Shown here: piece by piece, positions 37,369 to 48,082 of the stretch
Layout: each line of letters begins with the position of its first letter
Position numbering within the stretch: position 1 is the stretch's first letter
Source: Dehalococcoidia bacterium
GTDB taxonomy: Bacteria > Chloroflexota > Dehalococcoidia > Bin125
Assembly: GCA_963663185.1 (NCBI GenBank)
Contig: OY760135.1
Span: 2,223,611 to 2,287,610, forward strand
Direction: 5' to 3'
Length of the DNA: 64,000 nucleotides
Made by a program: the position numbers and the translations under genes
Notes under the pieces: model-generated
The model's input: the letters and a program-made list of their open reading frames with translations, nothing else
Databases searched by the model: none
What the model was told of the DNA's origin: nothing

Positions 37369-37654
37369 CGGCGGGCAGATACGTAGATATATGAGCTGCC
37401 GATCGCTGCGCGTGGGTCAAAGACTTGAGGAAGTCGGCGGCCTCGTGAGGGTCGGAGCAGTACTGGAGCTGTCCGCCGTCGTAGATGATGGCAATGTCAT
37501 CACCATGATTTCCGAACATCTCAGCCTCGTGTTCGAGCCAGTACAAGAAATGCTCCTGGCTGGCACGGTTGATCGTCAGCCGCTCCTGGTAGCCGGGATC
37601 TCCAGGCCTGAGTTCGGGAAAGTCGTAGGGCAGTGGGTCTTGAGTGTTAGCCAT
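37349..37654 (-). CDS. Hypothetical 101-aa protein overlapping the protease gene start
   Basis: Intact ORF with coding-like composition. No recognised motif. Confidence 0.45.
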   Translation of the reverse strand: MANTQDPLPYDFPELRPGDPGYQERLTINRASQEHFLYWLEHEAEMFGNHGDDIAIIYDGGQLQYCSDPHEAADFLKSLTHAQRSAAHISTYLPADAAWAL

Positions 37655-37685
37655 TGCAGGATTCCTTGTGGTCAGCCTACCGAGA

Positions 37686-39237
37686 TCAGACGCAGGTCGG
37701 CCAGCTCGCGAGCTCTTTGGTTTGGCCGTGAGCCGGAGGTTGGACCGGGAAGCGCTGGACCGATTCCAGTAGCCAGCGACGTGTATCTGCTGGATCGATG
37801 ATCTCGTCCAGGTTCATCAGACCCGCAGCGCCCCATGGCTCGTGCCCGAGCGTCCACTCCGCGATCCGACGCTGTCGCTCTGCCTCCGGGTCGGCGGCGT
37901 TGGCGATGTCTCGCGCGTGCACGACATTGACGCCCACGCCTGGGTCCATGAACGAGATTTCCGCGCCGGGCCAAGCCGTGACGAGCGTGTTGTCGAGGCT
38001 GGCTCCGGAGAGCGAGAAGTACGCCAGGCCGAAGGCCTTGCGCATCACGACCGTGATGCGAGGCACCGTCATCAACGCCAACGCCTCAAGGAACATGATC
38101 GCCTTGTGCAGCAGTCGGGCGTGCTCTGGTTGCGACCCGACGATGAAGCCCGGCACGTCTTGCAGCCAGATCGTAGGGATGTTGAACGCCTCGCACATGC
38201 AGATGAATTGAGTGGCCTTGTCGCAGGTGTTCGGATCGAGCGCGCCGGCGTTGAACATTGGATTGGACGCAAAGATGCCGACCGTCTGGCCGCCAATGCG
38301 CGCAAGCGTGGTGATCAATGAGCGCCCGAAGCGCGGTTTGAGCTCGAAGAGTTCACCGTCATCCACAATACGTTCGATCACGCGGTGCATGTCATAGGCG
38401 CGCTGCCGACGCGTCGGAACGAGGTCTGCGAGGGTGAGATCTGGCTCGGCGTGGGCGTAGCCATCGAGCGTCGGCGGCGTCTGCCAACAGTTGGATGGCA
38501 GGTATGAGAGAAATGTCTTGATCTGGTCAATCGCGTCGTCCTCCGATTCGGCGGCGCGATCGATCTGGCCGGTGACGTCCAGGTGGACATCCACACCGCC
38601 GAGCGCCTCGAGCGAGATGATCTCGCCCGTCGCGATCTCGATGACCCGCGGCGACGACACGTTCAGCGCCGAGCCGCGTACCTGGACGGTGAAGTCTGAG
38701 AATGCGGAGTGGAAGCTGGAGCCGCCAAAGGACTCGCCCGTAATCGCGGTCGCCAGTGGAATCCGCCGCCGTCGGCGAGCGTTCTCGAGTCCGGGCGGAA
38801 TCTTGCTGAAGCCTTCGGAGCCGAGCGCGTCTGGCAATCGAGCGCCGCCGGTCTCGCCGAAGTAGACATAGGGCACGCCCTGCTTGAGCGCCTGCTCGTA
38901 GATCCGCTTCATCCGCTTGCCGCCGACAACCGATGAGGAGCCATGCAGGACCGTGACATCGTCGCCGGCGGCGGTGGCGCTGCGACCGTCAATCGTGCCC
39001 CAACCGCCGATCTTGCCATCGCCCGGCGTGCGATCGCGGACATCTGGCGCCTCGGAGACGGCGAAGGTGCCGATCTCACGGAAACTGCCAGGGTCGAAGA
39101 GCCGGTCGAGCCGCTCGCGGATCGTCAGGCGGCCTTTGGTGTGCTGTCGCGAGATGCGTTCGCTGGAGCCCATCTCGTCGACGATCTTCTGCCGCCGAAG
39201 CGCGAGGTCCTGGCGAATTTGTTGCGCGGTCAGTGTC
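37686..39237 (-). CDS. Acyl-CoA carboxylase carboxyltransferase subunit (PccB/AccD family)
   Basis: Two carboxyltransferase half-domains (...GGARLPDALG... and ...IWLQDVPGFIVGS...). Start at MTLTAQQIRQ. Confidence 0.85.
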
Positions 39238-39402
39238 ATGAATGAATCCAATTGGTGTGGTTGGGGAAGTGCATGTCTCTTGGGGTGCTGAGTTGGCGTG
39301 ACATGCGCCACGCGCTACCACCCTTCACTAAAATTAGCGCCTCAGCCAGTTTCGTTTGAGCAACGCAGCGACCCTCCATGCGGGCACTCCTTGCGACCAT
39401 CC

Positions 39403-42400
39403 TCAGTGATCAGTGATCGCATCCTCCGGCGGCGAGACGGCGATGGCCTCGCCAGTGGATGTCAGCAGCAGGTACGACTCGGCCACTTCGATGCCGGCTT
39501 TCGCGAGCATCGCCGCGTAGCGCTCAACCTGCTGAAAGTAGGCGTCGCGCCGCTTAGGCGGCAATTCGGGATCAGATTTGTAGTCGACGAGCACCCAACC
39601 GTTCGCGTCAAGGAAGAGGAGGTCGGCAATGCCCTCGGTGATCAGCGTGGCGCCGTTCGCGGACTCTTCGATCGTCGTCAGCGGCAACTCGCGGTGGAGC
39701 TGCTGGGCGCGAGCGGCTCGCTGCATCAGGTCGGAGTCGAGCGCGCGCTCAAGCTGTTCGAGCAACGGCTGCGGCGGCAGACGATATCGCTGACAGATGC
39801 GTATCGCTCGCCGTCGCGTGAGCTCGCGATCGCCGAAGTCGCAGGCTTCCAGCGCCTCGTGGACGGCAGACCCGAACTCAAGCGGATTCCAGGCCTGCGG
39901 TTCGTCTTCGGCGGAGTCGCTGAATTCGACTCGGTGCAGCGAAGATGGCGTCGCAGTCGCAATCTGCTCGGCGCCGCCTTCGAGCGCGGCTTGATGGCGC
40001 GCCCGCCACTGCTCGCGAAGCGATGACAGCGGTGGAATCAACACGTTCGCCGGACGCGGTGGGACCGCGTCGAAGCGATCCGCGCCCAGCGCGACGACAT
40101 CCGGATCCGTGTCCGGCTGCAACCAATGCGGTGCGGCGTCTTCGAGATAGCTATAGAACGACTCTCGGTCAGCGACGCTGTCGGCGGGGAACGACGACAG
40201 AATCAGCCAGTCGCGGGCGCGAGTTGCTGCGACGTACAGCATGCGCCGCGACTCTGCATCGACATAGGCGCGTTCACGATGTTGGACTGCGGCAAACCCG
40301 CTGCTCTGAAACACCGCTTGACCTCTGTCGCCGCCGAGCCGCAGCTCAAGCTGCTCGCGGGCGCGGTCGACGATGAACTGCGGTCGCTGGGCCGCGCCCG
40401 GCCGATCCTGCAGCTTGGGCATGATCACGATGGGAAACTCCAGTCCCTTGGCCTGATGAATCGTCAGAATGCGGACGGCGTCGTCATCAGCCTCGGTTGT
40501 GGCGGACTCTGACTCCGGTAAATTACGCAGCCCGCGCTGCGAAAGCCAACGGACGAACGGTCTGAGGCTGTCTTCCCGCTCGTCGGCGAAATTGGCGGCG
40601 CGCAGGACGAGCGAGCGCAGGTTGGCCTGTCGTTGACTCGTCTGCGCCGGGCGTCCGTCGAGCGCCTGCGCCAGCAGCAGACCTGAGCGTCGGATGACGT
40701 GCTCGATCAGATCCGGCAGCCCGAGCGCAGGCAACTCGCCGCGTAGTACTGAGAGCGCCTCGACTGGTTCACGGAGGCGGCCCGCGTAACCTTCGGGCAG
40801 GACTTCAGCGTCCAACAGGATGGGCTGATCGCCCAGCTCTGCCTGGAGCTGGAACAGTTCCTCGTCAGAGGCGGCAGCGAGCGGCGACTTCAGTGTCGCA
40901 ATCGCGGACACGGAATCGGTGGGATCGTCGAGCGCCTGCAAGAGATACGCCAGCGCTCGAATCTCCGCTCGCTGGTAGAAGCCCTGTCCGCTGTCGAAGT
41001 GGTACGGGATGCCTGCGTGATCGAGCGCGTTGGTGTAGACATCGGCCGCCGTGCGCGTGCGGATCAACAATGCCATGTCGCGAAACTGCGGCAGACGCGT
41101 CGCGCCTGCCAACGACAGTTGACCGAGCGAGGAAGCGCCGTCCCGCATGTGCATGATCAAGTTGGCCATCAGGCGCGCTTCGGACTCGCGCGCCTCGCCG
41201 ACCCGACGGAACTGCTCCTGCGAGTCGATCACGGCCACGGCCACGGCAGCGCCGCGTTCGGTGCGATACGGATCGGTGGTCGCCCAGCGAGCCTGGGCGA
41301 GCGGATAGCGCTCGTCCGACTCGATCACGCGAGCGAGGACGCGATTGTGCCAGTGACAGAGCTGTGGTCGAGCGCGAAAGTTGACACTCAGTTGCACCAC
41401 TTCGGCCTCAGCATCCGCCTCGCGAAAGCGCTCGCGTACCTGTTCGTAGATATCGATATCCGCGCGACGGAAGCGATAGATGGCCTGCTTCGGGTCACCG
41501 GAGATGACTAGACGGCCAGGACCAGGCCGAGCGAGCGTCCAGTCATCCGTGTCAGGATCTGCGCTGAGTAGCAGCGCAATCTGTGCTTGCAACGGATCCG
41601 TGTCCTGGAATTCGTCAATCAGAATGGCCCGATAGCGCTCCCGCAGCTCCATACGGACGCCGCTGGAGCGAGCCAGGAGGTCGCGGGTCTCGAGCAGAAG
41701 GTCGTCATAACTGAACACGCCCTCTCGTCGGCGCTGAGCGGCGTCCGAGTCGACGAACTGACGTATGGCGCCGACTAACGCTGCGAGCAGAGCGTCGCGC
41801 TCGACCTGTTCATCCGGCGGATCGGACGGCAAGTCGGCTGGCAAGTCGTCCGGCGGAGTGTCTGACTCGCTACTGACGCGCTCCGCTACGGCTCCTCGGA
41901 GATCGCGGTGCGCAGCGAGCTGCTCGGCCACCGCCTGTAAGTCCCCCAACTCAAGCCCAAGCTCAAGCGCGCGCTGCAATGTTGCTTGGGGCGCGTCGTC
42001 GCTGCTGAGCCATGCGCGCCACGATCGCGCGAAGCGAAGGTCGGCTTGCAGTTGGTCAAGCACGCGGAAGTTGGGATGCAGCGAAGCGTCCAGCGCATGC
42101 TCGCGCAGGATGTTGGCGCAGAATGCGTGGATCGTCTGAATCGGCGCGGCATCGACCTCGCGCAACGCGTGCGGCAGTTGCGCGCGCGCCAACTCCTCTC
42201 GGATGCGTTCGCGCAGCTCGGCGGCGGCCTTTTCCGTGAACGTGATCGCCACAATCTGCGGCAGCGGGACTCCGCTGCGGACGCAATGGACCACTCGCGC
42301 CACGATCACAGACGTCTTACCGGAGCCCGCGCCCGCCTCGATGAAGAACGACGTATCGAGTTCGTTGATGACGCGGTCGCGGACAGCTTGGTCGGCGGGC

Positions 42401-42420
42401 ACAGGCGCCGAGGTCACCAT
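39403..42420 (-). CDS. addA: AddA-type ATP-dependent helicase-nuclease (UvrD-family helicase with a C-terminal RecB-family nuclease)
   Basis: GAGSGKTSV (Walker A), UvrD motifs, and C-terminal ...LVDYKSDPE (nuclease motif III). Confidence 0.85.
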   Translation of the reverse strand: MVTSAPVPADQAVRDRVINELDTSFFIEAGAGSGKTSVIVARVVHCVRSGVPLPQIVAITFTEKAAAELRERIREELARAQLPHALREVDAAPIQTIHAFCANILREHALDASLHPNFRVLDQLQADLRFARSWRAWLSSDDAPQATLQRALELGLELGDLQAVAEQLAAHRDLRGAVAERVSSESDTPPDDLPADLPSDPPDEQVERDALLAALVGAIRQFVDSDAAQRRREGVFSYDDLLLETRDLLARSSGVRMELRERYRAILIDEFQDTDPLQAQIALLLSADPDTDDWTLARPGPGRLVISGDPKQAIYRFRRADIDIYEQVRERFREADAEAEVVQLSVNFRARPQLCHWHNRVLARVIESDERYPLAQARWATTDPYRTERGAAVAVAVIDSQEQFRRVGEARESEARLMANLIMHMRDGASSLGQLSLAGATRLPQFRDMALLIRTRTAADVYTNALDHAGIPYHFDSGQGFYQRAEIRALAYLLQALDDPTDSVSAIATLKSPLAAASDEELFQLQAELGDQPILLDAEVLPEGYAGRLREPVEALSVLRGELPALGLPDLIEHVIRRSGLLLAQALDGRPAQTSQRQANLRSLVLRAANFADEREDSLRPFVRWLSQRGLRNLPESESATTEADDDAVRILTIHQAKGLEFPIVIMPKLQDRPGAAQRPQFIVDRAREQLELRLGGDRGQAVFQSSGFAAVQHRERAYVDAESRRMLYVAATRARDWLILSSFPADSVADRESFYSYLEDAAPHWLQPDTDPDVVALGADRFDAVPPRPANVLIPPLSSLREQWRARHQAALEGGAEQIATATPSSLHRVEFSDSAEDEPQAWNPLEFGSAVHEALEACDFGDRELTRRRAIRICQRYRLPPQPLLEQLERALDSDLMQRAARAQQLHRELPLTTIEESANGATLITEGIADLLFLDANGWVLVDYKSDPELPPKRRDAYFQQVERYAAMLAKAGIEVAESYLLLTSTGEAIAVSPPEDAITDH

Positions 42421-45400
42421 GCCGGCGCCCGCCGACGGCGGATGATCTCGAGGGCGCGCACCGGTTCCGGATGGCGGTTGAGCTTGTGTTGGAATCGATG
42501 GCCGATATCGCTGGCGCAGACGGCGTCGTAGGCGCAGTTGGCGCAGTTGGGACGATCGCGAGGCGGTTGGCCGGGCGTCGCGATGAAGTTGGCGGCCTCG
42601 AGTCCGTCGGCGATCGCAGTGAGCGTATCTCGCAGTCGCTCCGCCGCGCTCGGAGCGTCGACTCCGCCTTGCGTGGTGAGCAGCTCACCACGCAGACGCT
42701 GCGCCGCAAGATGCCCTTCCGCGCCGATGGATTGAAACACCACCTCAGCGTCACGGATCGCGACACCGCGCTCCTGCAGAGCGGCCAATGCGGCGATCGC
42801 CTCCAGCGAGGAGCCATTGACGAATCCCGATGGGTCTGGCAGGCTCGAGCCGCTGACCCAAATCATCGCGCGCTGTCGACCGCTGCGGTGCTGGTCGATG
42901 CGGTCAATGCGACCACGCAACCTGAGTCGACGATTCCTGCTCACTCGGACAGTTGCGTCGGAATAGTCAACGCTCACCGCAATCGGGCGCCAACCATCGC
43001 GCGACTCGCTCAGCTCGCGCCGACGCACATGCTCAAGGTCCGCGCAGACCCGATCGCTGATGCGCTGCTCGACCGCGGGCGGTTCGGCCTCGCTCAGCCC
43101 AAGCTCATCCGCGACGACTCGCGCCGCGATTTCGCGCAGCAGCGGCGCCTGAGCGGCATAGTCGCGCCACGTCTGATCTTCAGGCGACTCGAGATGGCGG
43201 CGACTCCATTCGCGCAACGCGCGTCTCGCGAGCTCCCCGATCTGCGCATGCTGACGCTGGTTCGGGCGATCCGCAGCCTCTGCAGCCTCGGCAACGGTCG
43301 AATGAAGGACGTGTTGGAGGAAGAACTGATACGGACATGTGACATACGTCTCCAGCGCGGATGCGCTCCACGCCTGCTCGAGCGGTCGCCATGGCCTCTT
43401 GCTCGCTGATCGGTCGAGCAAGCCGTCGAACTCGGTGAATTGCGATGCGTTGCGCCGTCTGCGGGCATGATCGGCCTGCTCGGCCGCCGGCCAGATCAAT
43501 GGCGACAGCGCCCGTCCGTCCACCCCAGGCGCCGATAGCAGTGCCAGGTCGAGCGACTGCAGATCGCCCGCCGACAGCGGCAACCGCCAGTCGTCAGCAA
43601 CGACCTGATCAGGCCCTGGCGTCACCGTCGTCGCGGCGGATGGCAGTCGGCGAATGCGACCGCGCTGGCTCAAATCTGACTCCGAATAGGGAGCATCAGC
43701 CGGATCAAGCGTGGCTGACGCAGCCTCCAGCAACAGGTTTGACGCGTGGCTGGGACCTCCAATCGCGCTACTGCGTCGACTCCAACCCGCCACGAAGCGT
43801 TGACGCGCCGCTCGTCGCATCAGCGACCAGACATGCCGGTCCGTGTCGGCGCGGTCGCGTTGCAGCGGCAGCGCATTCGGGACACGCCGATTGATCGCCG
43901 AGCGCGCGGCATCGGAGAACAGCGAGTCCTGTCGCGCGACAGCGGGGAAGATGCGCTCTGCGACATCGGCTGCGAACACGGCGTCGTAGCGGATGCCTCG
44001 CGCCGGGCCAGCCGCCGCGCCGACGTTGACGCCGCCAACCAGTCGCCGCGGATCCCGCACGACGCGTCCGCCGAATGCGCGCCGCAGTGCCATGAGACCT
44101 TCGCTGGCGACCCATGGTCGGCCCAGCTGATCGTGATCGCGCAGATCACTCAGAGTTTCGCGCGAAGCCTCAAAGCTGGCGGTGTCGTTGCTTGACTCGT
44201 CCAGGTAGGTGTCGAACGCGTCCACGAGCCGTGCCGATGCGGTCTGCCACGATTGACATGATTGACTTGTCGCCAGCGCGCGCGCCCGATCGGAGAGATC
44301 GGCGATGATCGTTTCAAGGCCGTCGGTTGCGTCGGACGTGTCGTCGGCGAGCGTCCTGAGACGTTCGCGCAGAGCGTGAAGTCCGCCGGAACGTCCCAGC
44401 TCGAGGCCGTACGGTTCCCAGCGCACGGGTCGTCGGACGACGTTGAGCGGACGGGCGCGCAATGCGCGATGCGAGAGCCAGTCGAGGCATTCACTCGGTT
44501 GCGCGCGGTCAGGGTCGAGCAACAGCTCCACCAGTCCCAGCGTGGCGCGTCCGATCGACGTGAGGCTGAGCTGTCGGCCGGCAATGCGCCAGCTCGGAAC
44601 ATCGGCGCGTTCAAGCGCCGCGCAAATGCGGTCGTCCGCAGGTGCTCCGAGCTGATGGAAGACGGCCGCGCGACGCCACACGAGCCCATCGTTCGCCATT
44701 TCCAGGATGAGTCGCGCAATCTCGTCCGCCTCAGCCGTCGGGTCACCCACGCTGAAGTAGTGGTCGGGAGCAAGCGGCATCGCCGACAGCTTCGAGCGGA
44801 CGATCCGCGCGCCAGTCTCGCGTTGGAGCGTTGCAGCCGTCTGCATCGGCAGCGTCTGCGGATCGTCGAACGGCGCGACGAGCAGCATTCGGACATCGGT
44901 CGCGTCGGCGATGCGTCCAAGCAGGAGTCGCTGAATCCGCGTGAGGTCGTACATGCCAGAGACGACGAGCGGCGCGTCACCCAACGCCGCCCGATACGCG
45001 TCTGCGCCGGTGATGGGACTGACCGCATCTTCGTAGCGAGCGGTGCGGTCATTGCAGTCGCCGACGGTTTCGCGCCAGGCGCGAAAGACCGTCTGAAGGT
45101 CGCCGCGCGGCAGATCGTCCGGGCTGAGCGCGGCCTCGCGCAGATCCGTGAGCGCTCGCAGCATCGCGCCGGCCAGTCCCGGCCCTGCGGGATCAAATTG
45201 TTGCAGAGACAGCGTAGGCAGCAGCTCGCTGAGCACAGCAAGGTCGGCGCCCGGCGGCCAACGATGACGCGGCGGCGCGTCGCCGTGCAGAGCGGCGGCC
45301 TGGGCGATATCAACCGGTGTGAATCCGTAGACCGCAGCCAGCCCACCGCCGCTGGCCTCTGCAAGCATGCGTTGGCTCGACAGACGCTGCAGCGCGGAGC

Positions 45401-45509
45401 CATGCAAGAGGTTCAGCCGCTCCAGCGGCGACGCTCGCTCCTGGACGAGCTGCTGCAACCGCAAGTCGTTAGCGGCAAGGTCGGGCAACAGCTCGATCGT
45501 GAGGCTCAT
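42414..45509 (-). CDS. addB: AddB-type partner subunit with a C-terminal Cys4 (Fe-S staple) RecB-like nuclease domain
   Basis: ...TCPYQFF... and CANCAYDAVC (C-x2-C-x5-C) flank GRIDRID. Overlaps addA by 7 nt. Confidence 0.75.
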   Translation of the reverse strand: MSLTIELLPDLAANDLRLQQLVQERASPLERLNLLHGSALQRLSSQRMLAEASGGGLAAVYGFTPVDIAQAAALHGDAPPRHRWPPGADLAVLSELLPTLSLQQFDPAGPGLAGAMLRALTDLREAALSPDDLPRGDLQTVFRAWRETVGDCNDRTARYEDAVSPITGADAYRAALGDAPLVVSGMYDLTRIQRLLLGRIADATDVRMLLVAPFDDPQTLPMQTAATLQRETGARIVRSKLSAMPLAPDHYFSVGDPTAEADEIARLILEMANDGLVWRRAAVFHQLGAPADDRICAALERADVPSWRIAGRQLSLTSIGRATLGLVELLLDPDRAQPSECLDWLSHRALRARPLNVVRRPVRWEPYGLELGRSGGLHALRERLRTLADDTSDATDGLETIIADLSDRARALATSQSCQSWQTASARLVDAFDTYLDESSNDTASFEASRETLSDLRDHDQLGRPWVASEGLMALRRAFGGRVVRDPRRLVGGVNVGAAAGPARGIRYDAVFAADVAERIFPAVARQDSLFSDAARSAINRRVPNALPLQRDRADTDRHVWSLMRRAARQRFVAGWSRRSSAIGGPSHASNLLLEAASATLDPADAPYSESDLSQRGRIRRLPSAATTVTPGPDQVVADDWRLPLSAGDLQSLDLALLSAPGVDGRALSPLIWPAAEQADHARRRRNASQFTEFDGLLDRSASKRPWRPLEQAWSASALETYVTCPYQFFLQHVLHSTVAEAAEAADRPNQRQHAQIGELARRALREWSRRHLESPEDQTWRDYAAQAPLLREIAARVVADELGLSEAEPPAVEQRISDRVCADLEHVRRRELSESRDGWRPIAVSVDYSDATVRVSRNRRLRLRGRIDRIDQHRSGRQRAMIWVSGSSLPDPSGFVNGSSLEAIAALAALQERGVAIRDAEVVFQSIGAEGHLAAQRLRGELLTTQGGVDAPSAAERLRDTLTAIADGLEAANFIATPGQPPRDRPNCANCAYDAVCASDIGHRFQHKLNRHPEPVRALEIIRRRRAPAW

Positions 45510-45581
45510 GCGAAATTCAGCATAATCCTCGCAGACGCGAGAGGCGAGAACCGCTCAGCTGAGCGATCCCCGCCCCAACCG

Positions 45582-45599
45582 GTCCCCGCGGAGGGGGAC
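45582..45599. terminator. GTCCCC-N6-GGGGAC hairpin just downstream of glnK
   Basis: 6-bp stem, same family, placed 14-31 nt after the glnK stop. Confidence 0.45.
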
Positions 45600-45612
45600 A
45601 GGCCGTCGGTCG

Positions 45613-45951
45613 CTAGACGGCGGCCGGGCCCCGTTCACGGGTGCGCACGCGGACGGCGTCTTCGACATCCAGCACGAAGATCTTGCCGTCGCCGATATTG
45701 CCCGATCCAGCGTTGTCGAGAATCGCGTCAATCACGTCGTCAAGCGGCGTCGTGTTGATCACGATTTCGACCTTGATCTTGGGCAGGTAGTCGACCTGCA
45801 CCTTCTGTCCTCGGAACTCCTGGACGACGCCCTTCTGCGCGCCGCGTCCGCGGACTTCCGAGATGGTCATCGAGACGATCCCGATGGCCTCGAGCGCCGT
45901 GCGAACGACGGAGAGTCGTTCGGGGCGGATAATGGCGATCACCATTTTCAT
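45613..45951 (-). CDS. glnK: P-II nitrogen regulatory protein
   Basis: MKMVIAIIRPERL...GRGAQKG...GDGKIFV are the P-II signatures. Adjacent to amtB. Confidence 0.9.
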   Translation of the reverse strand: MKMVIAIIRPERLSVVRTALEAIGIVSMTISEVRGRGAQKGVVQEFRGQKVQVDYLPKIKVEIVINTTPLDDVIDAILDNAGSGNIGDGKIFVLDVEDAVRVRTRERGPAAV

Positions 45952-46124
45952 GATCGTGTTGCCTTTCCTGTTGCTGTTCTGTCTCAGGCCTTCCCCCCTC
46001 TGGGGGATGCGCCCAGTTGGGGCGGAGGGGGCTCCCACTCGCGGAGGCGAGGGCAGCCCCCTCAGTCGCTCCGCGACAGCTCCCCCGGAGGGGGAGCGCT
46101 TTGGGAACCCTCCATCGCCTTCTT

Positions 46125-47613
46125 TCAGTCTCCTCCACCGGAGGCTGAGCCTGCGGCGGGCAGCTCCTCGCCGGCCGAGACCTCGACCGCCACGCCTGGC
46201 GAGACTGTCGGGAACTCGGGGTAAGCGCCGATGCCGTGCTCTTGCACGTCGAGTCCGGCGAGCTCTTCGTTCTCCGGCACGCGCAAGCCGATCGTGTGCT
46301 TGATCGCGAAGAACAGGATGCCTGAGGCGACGGTCACCCAGGCGAAGATGGCGAGTACGCCAATCAGCTGCTCAAACAGGGCGCGGAAGCCGCCGCCCAT
46401 GAACAGTCCGTAGCCGGGAGCGCCCCAGGCGTCGGCTGCGCCCGCAGTCGCGAACAGCCCAACCGCCATCGTGCCCCAGACGCCGCAGATGCCGTGTACG
46501 GAGATCGCGCCCACCGGGTCGTCGATCCGCACTTTGTCGAACATCTCGACCGCGAGGACGACGAGTCCGCCGCCGATCGCGCCGATCAGCAGCGCCGCCC
46601 ATGGCTCGACAAAGCCGCAGCCGGCCGTGATCGAGACAAGCCCTGCCAGGGCGCCGTTGAGCGTCAGGCCCAGGTCAGCCTTGCCGTAGCGCAGCTTGGC
46701 GACAGCGACCGCGACGATCGCGCCCGCGCCAGCGGAGAGGGTTGTATTGATCGCTACCCAGGCAGCTTCGGTCGCCAGTCCGTTCGAGAGTCCGAGCGTT
46801 GAGCCGGGGTTGAACCCGTACCAGCCGAACCAGAGGATGAACATGCCCAGGGTGGCCAGCGTCATGTTGTGACCTGGAATCGCGCGCACCTCAGCGCCGA
46901 CGTACTTGCCGATGCGCGGTCCGACCAGGATGGCGCCCATCAGTCCCGCCCAGGCGCCGACGGAGTGAACGAGCGTCGATCCGGCGTAGTCCATGAAGCC
47001 GCGATCGCCGAGCCAGCCGCCGCCCCAGCCCCAGTGAATCACAATCGGGTAGATGATGCCGGTGACGAACACGGTGTAGAACAGGTAAGCGGAGAACTTG
47101 GTGCGCTCCGCCAACGCGCCCGAAATGATCGTCGCGGCGGTTGCGGCAAATGCCCATTGGAAGAAGAAGACAGCCGCCTCGGAGACGCCGTCGGTCTCTG
47201 TCAGTCCGCCGATGCCAGGGAAGAACGAATCGCCGCCGATCAGTCCGCCCTGCGAGCCGCCGAAGGCGAAGCCGAATCCGACCGCCCACCAGACGACCGC
47301 GCCGAGCGATGCGTCGAGCACATTCTTCATCAGAATGTTGGCGGTGTTCTTGACGCGCACAAAGCCTGCTTCGAGCAATCCGAAGCCAGCCTGCATGAAG
47401 AACACCAGGATGCCGGCAATCACGAACCAGATCGTGTCGACGGCGAGGACGATGTCTTGCAGTTGGCTGGCCAGCTCCTCCGCTTCTTGCGCGCCAACGA
47501 ATCCAAGCGTGGCCAAGAGGCCGGTGAACAGACCAAGGAAGAGTCCCAGTCCAGGTTTGCGGACCACGCCGAGTGAAGTGGGCGTGGTCCTGACCAATCG
47601 GGCAAGTGTCATG
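46125..47613 (-). CDS. amtB: Ammonium transporter
   Basis: ...FFMQAGFGLLEAGFVR..., 11 TM helices. GGAGG precedes the ATG at 47613. Confidence 0.85.
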
Positions 47614-48082
47614 GTTGCCTCCGTTCCCGAGTGCCGGTCTGAAATCAACCTATGGAGCGGAGAGGCTGCGCTGGTTTCCGTTGAGTTGCGCTCGCATTGC
47701 ACTTGGGTTGCATGTACATTTCGGCGGTGTTTCGGTGCGGATGTCGAAGACAGGGGAGCTGTGTGATTTCCTCCGTCAATTCATGTCACGACACCCCCCT
47801 GAGGAAGCTGCCTCCCTAAAGGGAGAGGGGACGCGGACGGCTGGTTGGCGGCCGTGGCCGAAAAGCGGGGCAGAGTTGGGACTCTCCGAGGAAGCTGCCC
47901 CCTCTCCCTCCGGGAGAGGGTTGGGGTGAGGGTTCCTGACTCGTCTCTCTGCCACGGGCGATCGTTGCTCGCAGCCCGACCGACCCTCCCCCACCCTCTC
48001 CGGGGGGAGCGGGAGCGGATAGCTGCTGATTGACGCACAGGTCTCGCCAAAAGGGGACGCCATGAGCCGTTAGCATCTGGGC

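Noticed and set aside
44150-45758. Long ORFs on both strands (417 aa minus-strand, 498 aa plus-strand) inside addB
   Set aside because: Alternative-frame and antisense ORFs with Arg/Ala-rich junk composition. Only the addB frame shows helicase and nuclease motifs.
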